Positions 51,044 to 63,292 of a stretch of DNA of 64,000 nt are shown here, one piece after another. Where the stretch lies: assembly GCA_030390025.1 (NCBI GenBank), contig CM059433.1, positions 62,620,001 through 62,684,000 of the forward strand. Reading direction: 5' to 3'. This DNA comes from Squalus acanthias. Taxonomy: Eukaryota. The notes under the pieces were generated by a model. That model was given only the letters and a program-made list of their open reading frames with translations. It searched no databases and was not told the origin of the DNA. The position numbers and the translations under genes were made by a program. Within the stretch, counting starts at the first letter, position 1; each line of letters opens with the position of its first letter.

Positions 51044-52780
51044 AATCAGTCAGCAAAATCCAGAGAAAATGTGAGTAAAAGTTCAATTATCATTTTTATA
51101 GTAAAGAACAATCCTTTTTTAATTGTTCTGGATAAGATGAAAAGTTATTTTGCATAATTTGTTAAATCTAGCATTTGTTTGTCGGTATTCAATTGAGCAA
51201 ACTTTGTCTGAAAGTTCACTTACCTTATGCTAATTTTCTGAATGCAGGGTGGTACTCCATGCCGTTTCAATTGGTGATTCAGGAGTACGGTGCCAGGAAC
51301 AACCAACCTCACAAGCGTTCCCTCTGCTCATTAATGACTGCTGAGAAGCTGCAGCATTACTTGTACTGCCATTCTGAGCTATGTACATTTGTTCGTAGGC
51401 ATGTGATAGTGGAGGGGAAGTGATAAAAGTTTGAAAATGAAATGAGCAAGTCTAAAGTTAATCATTAATGGAAGAGTCTTGGAACTGCACGTACAATAAG
51501 AAATTATAGAACTGGCAGCTTTTCCACTTCATTACGTCTTGCTGCAGGCCTGCAGCCAAATATCAAAGTCAAAGTTTGCCTGAGATTCAAATATACAGAA
51601 CTCACAAGGCCCAGGAAAGTTACATAGGGAAAATGGCAATACTGTATCAAAAATGTAAATGGAGTAGTTAAAAATAATTTGATACAACAGGTATAGTGAG
51701 TGTGCTGGATATCCATATCTGCTGCATTGCAGATGGTTGAAAGGGGATTCATTGTTGTGACCCCCTCGACACATCAAGTTCCTGATCTCAGCCATGCTGC
51801 TCTGAAACAGGGTGTGAGCAAGTGAATGGATAACATGGTCCATTGAGTATCAAATTCTGGGCAGAAGGTACTTCAGTTTTCGAATCCTGGATGGGCTCCC
51901 TCAGCCTTTCATCCTTCCAACGTGGATAAAATGACTCGCCCGTCTTAGAACTTGTGGGACAAAAAGGAACCTGCAAGGACTGAGCAGCTTCTACCTCTCA
52001 GTTGTACCTCTCCTTTACTCAATCCTCTCCAAGAAGTCAGGGAAAACTACAATCAAGAGTCATCCGTGGCTGCTCTTACTTCCTTACTAGCAGCTTGCTT
52101 CGCAGTAGCAATGGCAGAAATGGCAAGTGCTGCCGGAAGAACAATGGCACAAGATTGGAAATAAAATATCCTTGAGCTGGTAGAACCAAGTTGCAGGAGC
52201 TGCCATGTATCTGATATTATTCTCACATTAAAGATTAACTGGTGACAACCCTAATATATACATCTAAAGAATGTAGCTCCAAAATTGCCTCTAAAGCTAT
52301 TGTACAGTCTATTAAATATATTTTTAAACCAGTTGCTTTCACTTCTAAAATGGGCAATAGGATGTGTGAGGTAGAAGAAGAAAGGAAGTAATAATGGAAG
52401 TTAAAAAGGAATAACAAAAAAAAAAATCAACACACCTATTGCATACAGCAAACTAGAAACATAAAGCAGACTAGGGAAATAGATGGTTTTCCACAGTTAA
52501 TCTAACAAACCATGCTGAATACAACAGCAGTATCTAATACTCTGACATGGTTGCTTTGGAAGAAGTGAATCGTCTACAGACCACAACGTAACTTTTAATT
52601 TGATATGTGCCAGAAAGCATATTCCCTGTGTATTAGAATTGAAAGCCTGGCTGCTCAAATGGGTAATTAGTAGTTCCAGGTGTTCCCAGATTCAGCTCAA
52701 AGTACTACAAGATCAGTGAACCCCACCCACATTATAGTAATAAACTTTACAAGTGATAGAGTAGGAATGCGTACAGGATC

Positions 52781-53036
52781 TAGGGTTGCCAACTCTAGTT
52801 GGAAGCATTCCTGGATGTGTCATCACATGACCTCCCGCTTCCAGTCAAACATCCTTTATTCCCCATCTCTAATATTTTCACAACTAATAAACAAAAGTGT
52901 TGAAACAAAATAAGCAAAACACATTTTTATAAAATGCCCCGATGATTTTTCTCTTGGGTAGCTCGCAGCAGTGTCCAAGAGATTAATCTTTAATTCCTGG
53001 ACAGTCCAGGATAATCCTGGAGGTTTGGCAACCCTA
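52781..53036. mobile_element. hAT-superfamily MITE
   Basis: TIR tagggttgccaa / ttggcaacccta; 8-bp TSD acaggatc / gcaggatc. Confidence 0.88.
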
Positions 53037-53494
53037 GCAGGATCCAGTCATCCATGCTTGCTGTAGCTCTGCTCTTCCAGTGCTATAAGATTGTGTTGCA
53101 GGATCTACCACCCCACCGCAGGGTGGTTAGCACCAGCTGGTGCACCTCATTAGGGAGGTGAAGCACAGATCACCGAAAACACAGCACCATGCACATCTTT
53201 AGCTTGGCACAAAGCTTAGGCTTATAAAAAGGATTTGAAAGACAAACAATCTATATTATTCCAGTCCCAGATGTTTTAGAGTCTCAAATATCTCATCTAA
53301 ATAGTTTGATTGTAATATTATAAATTACTCTATTGGAAGTATCTTATAAATCAAACAGTGGAAAGGAAATGGGGAAGAGATGTGTCGATAAGTTACAAAA
53401 AAATGCAGGAACAGGGCGATAATAATGGGTGACTTTAATTATCCAGAGACGAAAAGCAGCACACAATTTAATTCTCCTCCTGTTGAAAAACATT

Positions 53495-54234
53495 GGCCCG
53501 TAATTTCCGATAGGAGGCTTCCTGCGTGCGGATGCCTCCTATCGGAAAAAAAATCTACGCCCTTACCTGAGGGTTCCAGAGGTCCGGACTCTTCTAATCC
53601 TGGGACTCTCCTGGTGCGTACGCGCAAAGGGCCAGGTATCCCAGGGGCGCAGGCAGTTCGCAAGCGTCCCAGGGATCACGTGGGCCTGGCGAGCCAATGG
53701 GAGAAGGGAATCCTCCTTCATACTTTTGACAGGTAGACCTGTCAAAAGTATGAATGGGAATCACTGAAAAAAGACATCAAAACATTAAATAAATTTCTTT
53801 TTAAATCACATTTTTACAATGAGTTAAAATTATATTAAATTAAATATTTTAAACAAAATTTTAATTTTTAGAAAAAAATAATTAAAGTTTTTTACGGGGC
53901 TAAAAATAAACTGACCTTTTTTAAAAGTATTTTACAATTATAAATGAGTGAAATTTTTTTTAAAAACTTTTTTAAACTCTTATGCTGCCTGCTTTTACCA
54001 GGCGTAAGATTTTTAAGTGATTTCAGCGGGCGGAGGTTCTGCAGAAAGCGGAACTCTCCACCCGCAGAGGCCCTTCTCCAGGGCAGGCGTGCGATCTGTC
54101 AAGAGGATTCTTGACAGATCGGAAGTGCCGGTTTTCAGCACATGCGCTTCGCATGCCTGAAACTAGCACTTGCGAGGCCCCTACGGGTGTGTACACACCT
54201 CATACCCACCCGTAGGGATCGGAAATTACGGGCC
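53495..54234. mobile_element. Complete hairpin-rich Harbinger-type MITE
   Basis: Perfect 17-bp TIR ggcccgtaatttccgat / atcggaaattacgggcc; flanks ATT/AGT; internal palindromes ccgataggaggc, tcatacttttgacaggt, gatctgtcaaga, ccctacgggtg. Confidence 0.9.
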
Positions 54235-54289
54235 AGTAACTTTTGGGAAACAGTTCAAGACTGGAGGTCACTGATATCAATACTTTATT

Positions 54290-55540
54290 CTGCAGACGTA
54301 GCACACCAATCGTTTCAGCCTCTTCCTATCCCACTGAATTAATTTCCTCATATCTTCACTATTCTCCTTCTCCAGCCCTCTTTGTCCAGTCTCTACCCTT
54401 TACATGCATGGCTCCTTTGACACCCTCTGCTAAGATGATTTCACATTCTCCAGCCCAAATCTTCTTTTCACAGTTCCTTTCCACCTCCATTTTGCACCTC
54501 CTGGATAATGACCTGCTGTGGGATGGAAGTGCTGTTCTTCCTTGAACAGCAGCTCAAACAGTCACCATCCACCATCCTCCCCTGCTTGGCTGAAAGAATA
54601 AATTCCTTTAACTCTACTCACTTACTCCAGATAAAAGATGTTGCTATGGGAGACCTAGTTTTACTTGTCCTTTTGTAGACTATGTAGAACATTCTTTGTT
54701 TCAATACGACTTAGGTTCCCCTTGTTCACCTCTTCCTGTTACACTGATGAGAAATGTTGGTTTTTGCTTCCTGCTCTCACTGTGATCTTGAAAATATCCT
54801 TAACTATGCTTCCAATTTCCACCCATTCCTGACCTTTATATGGTCCATCTCGGATTCTTCACTTTCCTTCTCGACTTTTCTCTCTCTCTCTTTCTCTTGC
54901 CAGCACTGTGGGCCAACACCAGAAATGTTAACCTGCCTCTGGGTTTCCATAGACATCTGTTAGAAGCCGACTGCCTCCAACAACTACCACACTACCTGTA
55001 AGGACTCCTCCCTATCTTCCAGTTTCTCAGTCTTCACCACACTTACTAGTGATTCTTAAATATTCTCCATTTTTGTCACCTGAGGTTTCCCCTCCACAGT
55101 AGTCAACACGACCCTTGACCATATCCACATTTCCTGGGCCTCTGTTCTCACACATTGTGTCCTCTCACATCAGAAACCCCCTTGTCCTCACCTTTCACTT
55201 TATCGGCTTCTGCAGTAGCCAGATAAACTTCTAACATGTTAGGCGCCTACAACTTGATTACATTTCCAAGAACAGCTTTCCCTCCTCAGTGAGACCATTC
55301 CCTCCACAATACCTTTGTTCACTCTTCCATCACCCCAACTTTCAGCCACCCTTGTTCAGGCACTTTACCGTACAACCATAGCAGATGCAACACCTGTCTA
55401 TTTACTTCCTCCTACACTACAATACAGGATCCAAATATTCCTTCTGCGTGAGACAGCAATTTACGTGAATGATCTCCTCTATAATGGTGAGGCCAAATGT
55501 AGAAAAGGTAAATGCTTTGCTGAACAGCTCCACCTGCACA
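54290..55540 (+). mobile_element. Degenerate Penelope-like element (RT + GIY-YIG)
   Basis: PIVSAS.YPTELISSYL, SFNSTHLLQIKDVAMG, YVEHSLF, NFHPFLTFIWSIS, LLYNGEAKCR.G..FAEQL (YIGET-like). Confidence 0.75.
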
Positions 55541-56515
55541 AAGGTGATGGAGCATAACTCCCATCTGCTTGCAGCGGAAGTGAGAGACCCTGTCCCAAAT
55601 CTTGGAGATGGGGTCATTTAAATGGGAGTATCTCCAAGTGCATATCAAAGATGCCTGCCCCAATCTGCTGGCCGATGTCGAAGCAGCACCCCGCCACTCC
55701 GACAGGGGTACCCGAGAGCCCTTCCTGTATTGAAGAAAAGTAGGAAGGAAGTTAATTTTTTGATCCCACGATAACAATTTTTGAGCATTTCTCTCAGAAG
55801 CTTCTGGGGCTTTAGCAGTGCTCACCTCAGCTTTCAGCTGGCTTGAATTCTGCTGAGGATTTTTGAGGTTGGAATGGGTGGTATTTCCCAGGAAAGCCTG
55901 GGAACTCCTCAGACACCGCTGAATGGTGGGAGGGGGAAACAGACGAGCAGAAGATCTACTGTCTACCCCCAGCCAGAATTTAAAAGAACCTGCAAATGGA
56001 AAAGAATCAGGCTCCACTCTAAATTCCTGGTGCTCTCCAGGCAGAAATCCTGTGTTTCACTCTACCCCACTACAAGAATTTCAGGGCTGGCAGCTCATCT
56101 TTCTACTGGGCATTCTGCATCCCTCTAATGTGGGGTTGACGTGTCAGTGCATGGGAGTAGGGTTGATATTTCAGGTGTAGACCCACAGTGCTGACTGGGG
56201 TAGGTCTGCACCCGCAGTGTTGGCCTATATTTTCCCTATTCAGGAACCACTGCATTTTGCCAGCATTTTCTGTTCTCATGTCACGCTACAGAACGTGACT
56301 CGACATCGTTGTCTGTTTTTCCAGTTGTTAAAAAAAAAAGTTAAAAGCTTAACTGCAGACGGCAGCATTTGACACGTTGGACCCTGTGACCCACCTCATT
56401 GTCTTAGCTGTACTGTGATGTGTCTTTGATGTAATGCCTCCCTAACAGATTGTATCTCTGTAGACGTATGTATGTATGTATGTTGTAATCGATTTGTATT
56501 CCCTCACTGTACCTG

Positions 56516-56605
56516 TACCTGAAGAAGGAGCAGAGCTCCGAAAGCTCGTAATTTTAAATAAAACTGTTGGACTATAACCTGGTGTTGTGCGACTTCTCAT
56601 TTTTG
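56516..56605 (+). ncRNA. Penelope-type tail with minimal type I hammerhead ribozyme core, same family as 43404-43607
   Basis: tac-CTGAAGA-a-ggagc aga gctcc-GAAA-gctc-gta followed by aataaaactgttggactataacctggtgttgtgcgacttc. Confidence 0.7.
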
Positions 56606-56654
56606 TTCTCATTTCAGACTTCCTGCATTTGCAGGTCTTTTTATCTTTCTCTTT

Positions 56655-56730
56655 CATTGGCTGTAAAGTGTTTTGAGACGTCCGGTGGTCGTGAAAGGCG
56701 CTATATAAGTGCAAGTCTTTCTTTCTTTCT
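56655..56730 (+). mobile_element. DeuSINE 3' tail fragment
   Basis: ttcattggctgtaaagtg..gtcgtgaaaggcgctatataagtgcaagtctttctttc, as at 39340-39415. Confidence 0.75.
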
Positions 56731-56999
56731 TTCCAATTTTCCCATTATCTCACCTTTTGTTTGTGTGGGTCTCTCCCAAGTCTTCTCAGCACAACTATCT
56801 CCACGTTCCTTTCTTCTTTTAATATATTTGCATAGATTCTCTGACAATCTTCAAAACATCGAACAGTTTTCTATTACGTAATCTGCAGGTCATTCAACGC
56901 ATTAACTCCCTCTATGATTCCAGTCGTGTTCTTTGTCCCCCACTCACCTTTTTCTCTTTTTTTTTAAATTAAGAAAATGCTTGCTTAACTTTTAGTCTT

Positions 57000-57100
57000 C
57001 GGTTCTGATGATGGGTGTATATCTGAAACAATAACTCATCTTTTCTCTTTACAGATAATCACTGACCTGATGCCGTTCCAGCATTTTTTGTTTTTACTTC
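57000..57100 (+). mobile_element. Penelope-like 3' tail with degenerate hammerhead, possibly the end of the 54290 element
   Basis: ggttctgatgatgggtgtatatctgaaac..aact, then acagat..tgacctga..ttccagcatttt. Confidence 0.55.
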
Positions 57101-57839
57101 ACTTGATTATGACTACATACACTAAGGTATTTGCAATCCCACAATCTTCCTAACATAGTCAGGAATATATCATCTGTTGTACGGAGAGTGAAATATGACC
57201 ATAGCATTCAGCACAAGTGTAGTTCCACAACATCTAGGATCCCCATTTTTTCCCTACTGTAGCAAATTCAAATTAATATTTCAAAGAAACCAACCACAGA
57301 TAGGTAGGTTAACATGAACTGTCAGACTCTTTCCCACGGCTGGTTTTTTTTTTTTTTTTTTTTTTTTACAGTGTCACCTCGGTGATCACTTAAATTTCAC
57401 CTTTCAAGTCAAACTCCAGGTTTGGAGGTCTAGTCTGAACGATAATCAAAAGTTTTAATTCATACGAACTCTACTCTTACCATTCTGCACTTTGTACTCT
57501 GCCTGTCAACATATGGCTCTGAGGGTGGGTACAAGACAGGAAAATAGAGATGCCATAAAAGATACACATAACATACACTTCAATGCCGATAAATGTGGGC
57601 AGAAAACAGACACTTGTTATTAATGCGCATATGTCCTAATTATACCTACAATATATGACATATCACTGTTGTGCTCTCATATTTTTTCCTGCCTCAAGTT
57701 AAAACTACTATTTGTTCTTCCAAAAATTTAACAAATCCTACAAGTTACACAGCTAACTACGCTTTCAACTGTGAAGACAGGATTTCAATCCAGCTGGATA
57801 ATGTCATTAATCTGAAGATTTTGAAGAAGATGAAATTAA

Positions 57840-58200
57840 GAACTTTATCAAATGGTCTCGGAAAATCCAACTCAATTATATCCATTGTACAGCCCTCCTC
57901 CATTAACTTTGTTACTTCCTCAAAGAATTCCAGCAGCTTAGTGAGCCATGAACCTTTGCTTCTAAATCCACACTAACCCTTACTGTCGCTGTGCTCTTTG
58001 GATGAACCTTAACAGCATCCTGTAAAATGCTCACAAGGCATTTTCCCTCTACTGATGTTGCTCTAAGCTTGTACATAATTCTCCAATTCTTGTTTTGGTT
58101 CTTTTTTGACAACCAGAATTACATCACCTAACCATCTGTCCTCGAGTATAACATCCTAGAAATGAACTTTTCTGATATTAGTGACGAAACTTAAATGCTT
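57840..58200 (-). mobile_element. Old CR1 RT fragment
   Basis: Reverse strand SWLTKLLEFFEEVTKLMEEG..DIIELDF..PFDKV-like. Confidence 0.65.
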
Positions 58201-59129
58201 TCGTTATGACATTCCTCTGCTATTTTAACACAGGCATGACCCAGTTTATTTTAAATGGATTCATTCCCCCATTAAAATAATGGGCAGAGAAAGGTGCATA
58301 CAAGCATGTTAACTTTTTGTCAGCTACTAGTAACTTCTAGACTAATGTGTTTATGGAACTGCTAAAACTAAATACCAAAACCTCATTCAAAGAGAAAGAC
58401 AAAAAAAACCCACAAAATTCTAGAAAGTCCAAAGTAAAACTAAAAAATACTGGAAATACATTGCAGGTCCATCATCATCTGAAAAGAGAAAAGACAGATT
58501 AACATTCCAGATAGAGACCCTTTGTCAAAACCAGAAAGGGTAAGCAACCCTTTGCAAGACTGAGCAAAACCACGCAGAAAGGGGAGAACAGCAGGTAAAG
58601 ATCAACAATTAGAGATGTTAAATTCTCGTACAAAGAGCAGCTAATGGGAATTAATGTCGGAGAATGGATTTTGTGAAAAACTTCCAAGAAATGAAAAGTG
58701 CGGAATGATTTGCAAAGGTCATCTCATTGAGGTCATCTCATTGAGGTTGTGAAAAGGCATTAAAACAATAAAAGATGCGTAAATCAGCTACAAAATGGAA
58801 GGCAGCAAAATGGAACGTGAATCAAGAAATTGACAGTTAAGTGAGAAATCAACTAAGGTTTGAAGTTCACAAGATAGAAATGGATAAGGAAGATCATTCT
58901 GCTTATCCTAACTCCTCAATCCAGAAACAACCAACAAACCCCCTCCTCCCGCCCCCCACCCCGCAAACATCCGAGGAGCTGTTTCTTAAATAACTCCAGG
59001 AATTTTGCTTTCGAAACCCTACTCACACGTCATTCTTTGTGTGAAATAATTTCCAACATATTAAATTTCAATTTTGCTAGTATGAACCTGTTCTAGTTCT
59101 ACTGTCACTGTTTAGCATGAAGCAGTGTT

Positions 59130-59730
59130 CCAGATTTACCTTTCTACCTTGTTTACTTGTCATTTTAATTCACCTCTCCACGCCCACTCAGACCTCACCG
59201 TCCTCGGCCTCATGCATTGTTCCACGGAAGCTCAGCGTAAGCTCGAGGAACAGCACCTCATCTTCCGATTAGGCACTTTACAGCCTTCCGGACTCAATAT
59301 CGAGTTCAACAATTTCAGATCATAACCTCGACCCCCACCACATATGTATATATATATATATATATATATTTTATCCACCCTTTTGGTTTGTGCTTTTTCC
59401 CTTTTTTTTCTCTCTCTCCCCCTACAGCAGCTGTCTCTCATTCCGCCAGCATATCACACTTCACACTTCTAGCCACCTTTTGTTTCTTAACCTGTCCTAT
59501 TACCATCGCGTCTTGCCTTGAGCATCTCTTAATGTCTCTACTTACCATAGACCACCCCTTCTGTTCTTTTATTCCTCGCCCCAGCTTCCCCTTGGTTTTT
59601 TATCTGTTTCATTTCCTGCTTTTTTCTCAGTTCTGACGAAGGGTTTCGACCTGAAACGTTAACTCTGTTTCTCTCTCCATGGATGTTGCCTGGCCTGCTG
59701 AGTTTTTCCAGCGTTTTCTGTTGTTGTTAC
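59130..59730 (+). mobile_element. Penelope-like element 3' end: GIY-YIG C-terminus, 3' UTR, hammerhead and tail
   Basis: CHFNSPLHAHSDL...RKLEEQHLIFRLGTLQPSGLNIEFNNFR*; (TA)n at ~59345-59370; hammerhead at 59629. Confidence 0.88.
59629..59664 (+). ncRNA. Minimal type I hammerhead ribozyme (Penelope-type)
   Basis: agtt-CTGACGA-ag-ggt ttcg acc-t-GAAA-cg-TT-aact: stem I agtt/aact, stem II with UUCG loop, palindromic ACGT in place of stem III. Confidence 0.75.
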
Positions 59731-59835
59731 TATTTTAAATGCCTCCTTAGTCGCCTTGTTTAGAGACCAGATAACCCAGGTTTTCTAGTGTTTCCTTCCA
59801 ACTCAGTGCTCGGACACTGGGGTCAGTCTCATGGT

Positions 59836-61150
59836 TAACATAAGAACATAAGAAATAGGAGCAGGAGTAGGCCAATCGGCCCCTCGAGCCTGCTCCGCCA
59901 TTCAATAAGATCATGGCTGATCTGATCCTAACCGCCAATCTACTATCTATCACAGAACCATCTCCTGCATCTAACAGAATTGCACACACGAAATAGGAGC
60001 AGAATCAGGCTACACGGTCCCTGGGCCCGCTCCACTACCCACAGGGCCATGACCGATCCGAACCTAGACTCATGTCCAAATTCCTGCCCGCTCCCCGTAA
60101 CCCTTAATGCCCTTTACTTCTAGGAAACTGTCTATTTCTGTTTTAAATTTATTTAATGATGTAGCTTCTACAGCTTTTTGTGGCAGCATATTCCATGGAC
60201 CTACCACCCTCTGAGTGAAGTAGTTCCTCCTCATCTCAGTTTTGAAAGAGCAGCCCCTTATCTAAGGACTATGTCCCCTAGTTCTAGTCTCACCCGTCAT
60301 CGGGAACATCCTCCCCGCATCCACCCGATCCAACCCCTTCACAATCTTATATGTTTCAATAAGATCGCCTCTCATTCTTCTGAACTCCAATGAGTAGAGT
60401 CCCAATCTACCCAACCTCTCCTCATATGACCGCCCCCTCATCCCCGGGATTAACCGAGTGAACCTTTTTTGCACTGCCTCGAGAGCAAGGATGTCTTTCC
60501 TTAAGTAAGGACACCAAAACTGTATGCAGTATTCCAGGTGCGGTCTCACCAATACCTTGTACAACTGAAGCAATACCTCCCTATTTTTATATTCTATCCC
60601 CCTAGCAATGAAAGCCAACATTCCATTTGCCTTCTTAATCACTTGCTGCACCTGCATACTAACCTTTTGAGTTTCGTGCACCAGGACCCCCAGATCCCTT
60701 TGCACTTCAGTACTCTCCAGTTTCTTGCCATTAAGATAATAAATTGCTCTAGGATTTTTCCTGCCAAAGTGCATCACCTCACACTTTCCAGTGTTGTATT
60801 CCATCTGCCAAATCTCTGCCCACTTACTTAGCCTGTCTATGTCCCCTTGCAGGTTTTTTATGTCCTCCTCACTCACTACTTTCCCTCCCATCTTTGTATC
60901 ATCTGCAAATTTTGATATGTTACACTTGGTCCCTTCCTCCAAATCGTTAATATAGATTGTAAAGAGTTGGGGACCCAGCACTGACCCCTGTGGAACACCA
61001 CTAGTTACTGATTGCCAGTCTGAGAATGAACCATTTATCCCAACTCTTTGCTTTCTGTTAGATAGCCAATCCTCTATCCATGCCAGAATATTACCCCCAA
61101 TCCCGTGATTTTTTACCTTAAGCAATAATCTTTTGTGTGGCACCTTGTCA
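59836..61150 (-). mobile_element. 5'-truncated CR1 LINE with duplicated 3' UTR
   Basis: 303-aa ORF DKVPHKRLL..GVPQGSVLGP..KFADDTK..RRMRGDLIETYKI; tail read as acataagaacataagaa on +. Confidence 0.92.
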
Positions 61151-62137
61151 ATGCCTTTTGGACCATTCCTCAATGACAGGGCATGTTAAATTCAAAGTCC
61201 GCTAGTACCTCTGAATCTCTTTCCACTTCATTCCTGTCTAACTCAACACCAATCATGTATGTTGTACATTTTGTCTTCCCATGTATAGAACTTTATACTT
61301 CTTTGTATGGAATGGCATCTGCCACTGGTTAGCTCATTTACATATGCTATCTGTCTAACTCGTGTTGTGATCTTTGGCTATATCTTCGGATTCAACTAAT
61401 GTGGTGAAGGAAGAGAAACAAACTCAAGTGGAAGGGGAGTCACAGGCCAACAGAAGTGGAGGGACGAGTCAGATGGAGGACAGAGACGGACAGAAGTGGG
61501 GAGGAGGGGAGAAACAAAAGGGAAAGAGGGGCTGGAGAAACAAAAAATGATCAGGAGAAACAAAAGTTATGGGAAGGAACAAGAATTATGACAATATAAA
61601 CTTTGCAAAAATACTAGTATCAATATCCAAAGCTGATTAGGCCTGAGAAGCTATGAGTATTCTTTGATGGGCCCAGCCAGAAGAGATTGTTGGCCTGCAT
61701 AAAAAAGTTTGAGAATCACTGCATTAACAAGTATCTGCCATGACAGATCAGAGCGCAATCTTGTATATAAAAAAAACTCTACACTTTTAATATTTCGTTC
61801 ATAAATTATGTGGTTGGTCTGTAATATTAAACTGGTTACTGCATTGCTGGGAGAAGACTGCCTAAATACACATTATCTGTCTCATGCGCTGATTCTACTT
61901 GAAAGGCGAATAAGTCACCCTTATCTAGGTATACTGCTTAATGAGTGTTAGATGCAAAGTTCACCCTGGTGTTAGAAACAGGCCCATTAATCGGTTACAT
62001 CAGACAATGGACTTTACAATTGTCCCATCATGGATGTCCTCGGCTGTATCCTGAAAAAGTGGTGCTGGCCAGTTGATGGGAGGAAGAGAAAAGGGGTAAT
62101 CACTCTCTGTATGAGAGTTGCCTTATTTGTCAGCATT

Positions 62138-62827
62138 GGCCCGGATTTTCCGGTAGGAATAACGGCTATCAGCACTCACCGTTATTAAAGACTAAATTGG
62201 ACAACAACTTCCGGCAACCGCACATGCACAGTTAAACGCAGAAATCAGGAAGTTGCTGTCCGAGTTGCCCTGCTCCTCCAGAAGCTGCGCTATAATGGTA
62301 TCTTGCTGAGAGACTCGGCATTGAAACACATAGAACAGTGTGAAGTTGCTGTGCTTACGAGATAGATACACACTAAACTTGCCAGAAAAAGTTAGGGCTT
62401 GTCCATTCCAGTGTAAGTAAATTTTTAACAGTGTGATAAGTCTTAATTTCTGCCAAACAACCTCTCTGGCACTAAAAATTAACTCTTGCAAGTGTGGAGT
62501 CTCATTCCCTCAGATTAGTTGCAGCTTTAAAAAAAAAATTAAATTTAAATTAAAAAAAAACTTTTTTGTCTCTTATCTCTCAATCCCATATTTCTTTCCC
62601 TCTTCAGACTCTGCGTGTCTCAGTAAGGATTCTTCAATCTGATTGGTTAAGGAGGTACACCGTTGCTTGCCCTGTTCACACAGGTCCCAAATCCCCTGTA
62701 GAGGGCGCCGCGTTGTTTTGGATTTCTAATCACTGCAAGTTCCAGTGCAAAAGCCCATAGAAAGTCTGTGAGCAAATGCAAGAACGGCTGGCGACGTTCA
62801 TTCACCGCTGACTGCAAAATCCAGGCC
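62138..62827. mobile_element. Harbinger-type MITE
   Basis: TIR ggcccggatttt / aaaatccaggcc; TSD ATT/ATT; subterminal hairpins aataacgg..ccgttatt and caacttcc..ggaagttg. Confidence 0.82.
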
Positions 62828-62876
62828 ATTATATCAAGAAAACCTTCCAGCAGGTTCCATGTGCCTCTGAAACCTT

Positions 62877-63287
62877 GGTCTGGTTTTTAACCCTCCCCCC
62901 ACCCCACCACACCTCCCCCTGCCCCGCCCACTGGAGTGCGGCAGAGGGTCAGGGAGAATTAAAATATCGGAATCGAGCAACCCGAGCTCATTCCCGCCCG
63001 TCGCAATATTTACGGCAGCGATTCAGGACCTAGGCGAGGCTCCCACTAAAAGCAGACGGGGGCCGACTTAACATGCAAATGTCTCAGCCCAATTATGTCA
63101 TTGCATCACAACTCAACAGAGGGGGGAGTCCGGCAGCAGCAATTCAAACCCCACTGTTTTAAGCTCCTTTTGGTCCAGGAGGAGCAGGAATGCTCCCACC
63201 AGGCCTCACAAGGAAGCCTTCAACCAGGTTCTTCGCCGGCTACTGGCTCCCCTGCACCCTTCCCGCCTCCCCGTTAATATTGGGGCC
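62877..63287. mobile_element. Harbinger-type MITE
   Basis: Ends ggtctggtttttaac / gttaatattggggcc; TSD CTT/CTT; ggagcaggaatgctcc hairpin. Confidence 0.7.
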
Positions 63288-63292
63288 CTTGA

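Noticed and set aside
55412-56017. 201-aa minus-strand ORF
   Set aside because: No recognisable domain; overlaps decayed Penelope and GC-rich repeat-like sequence
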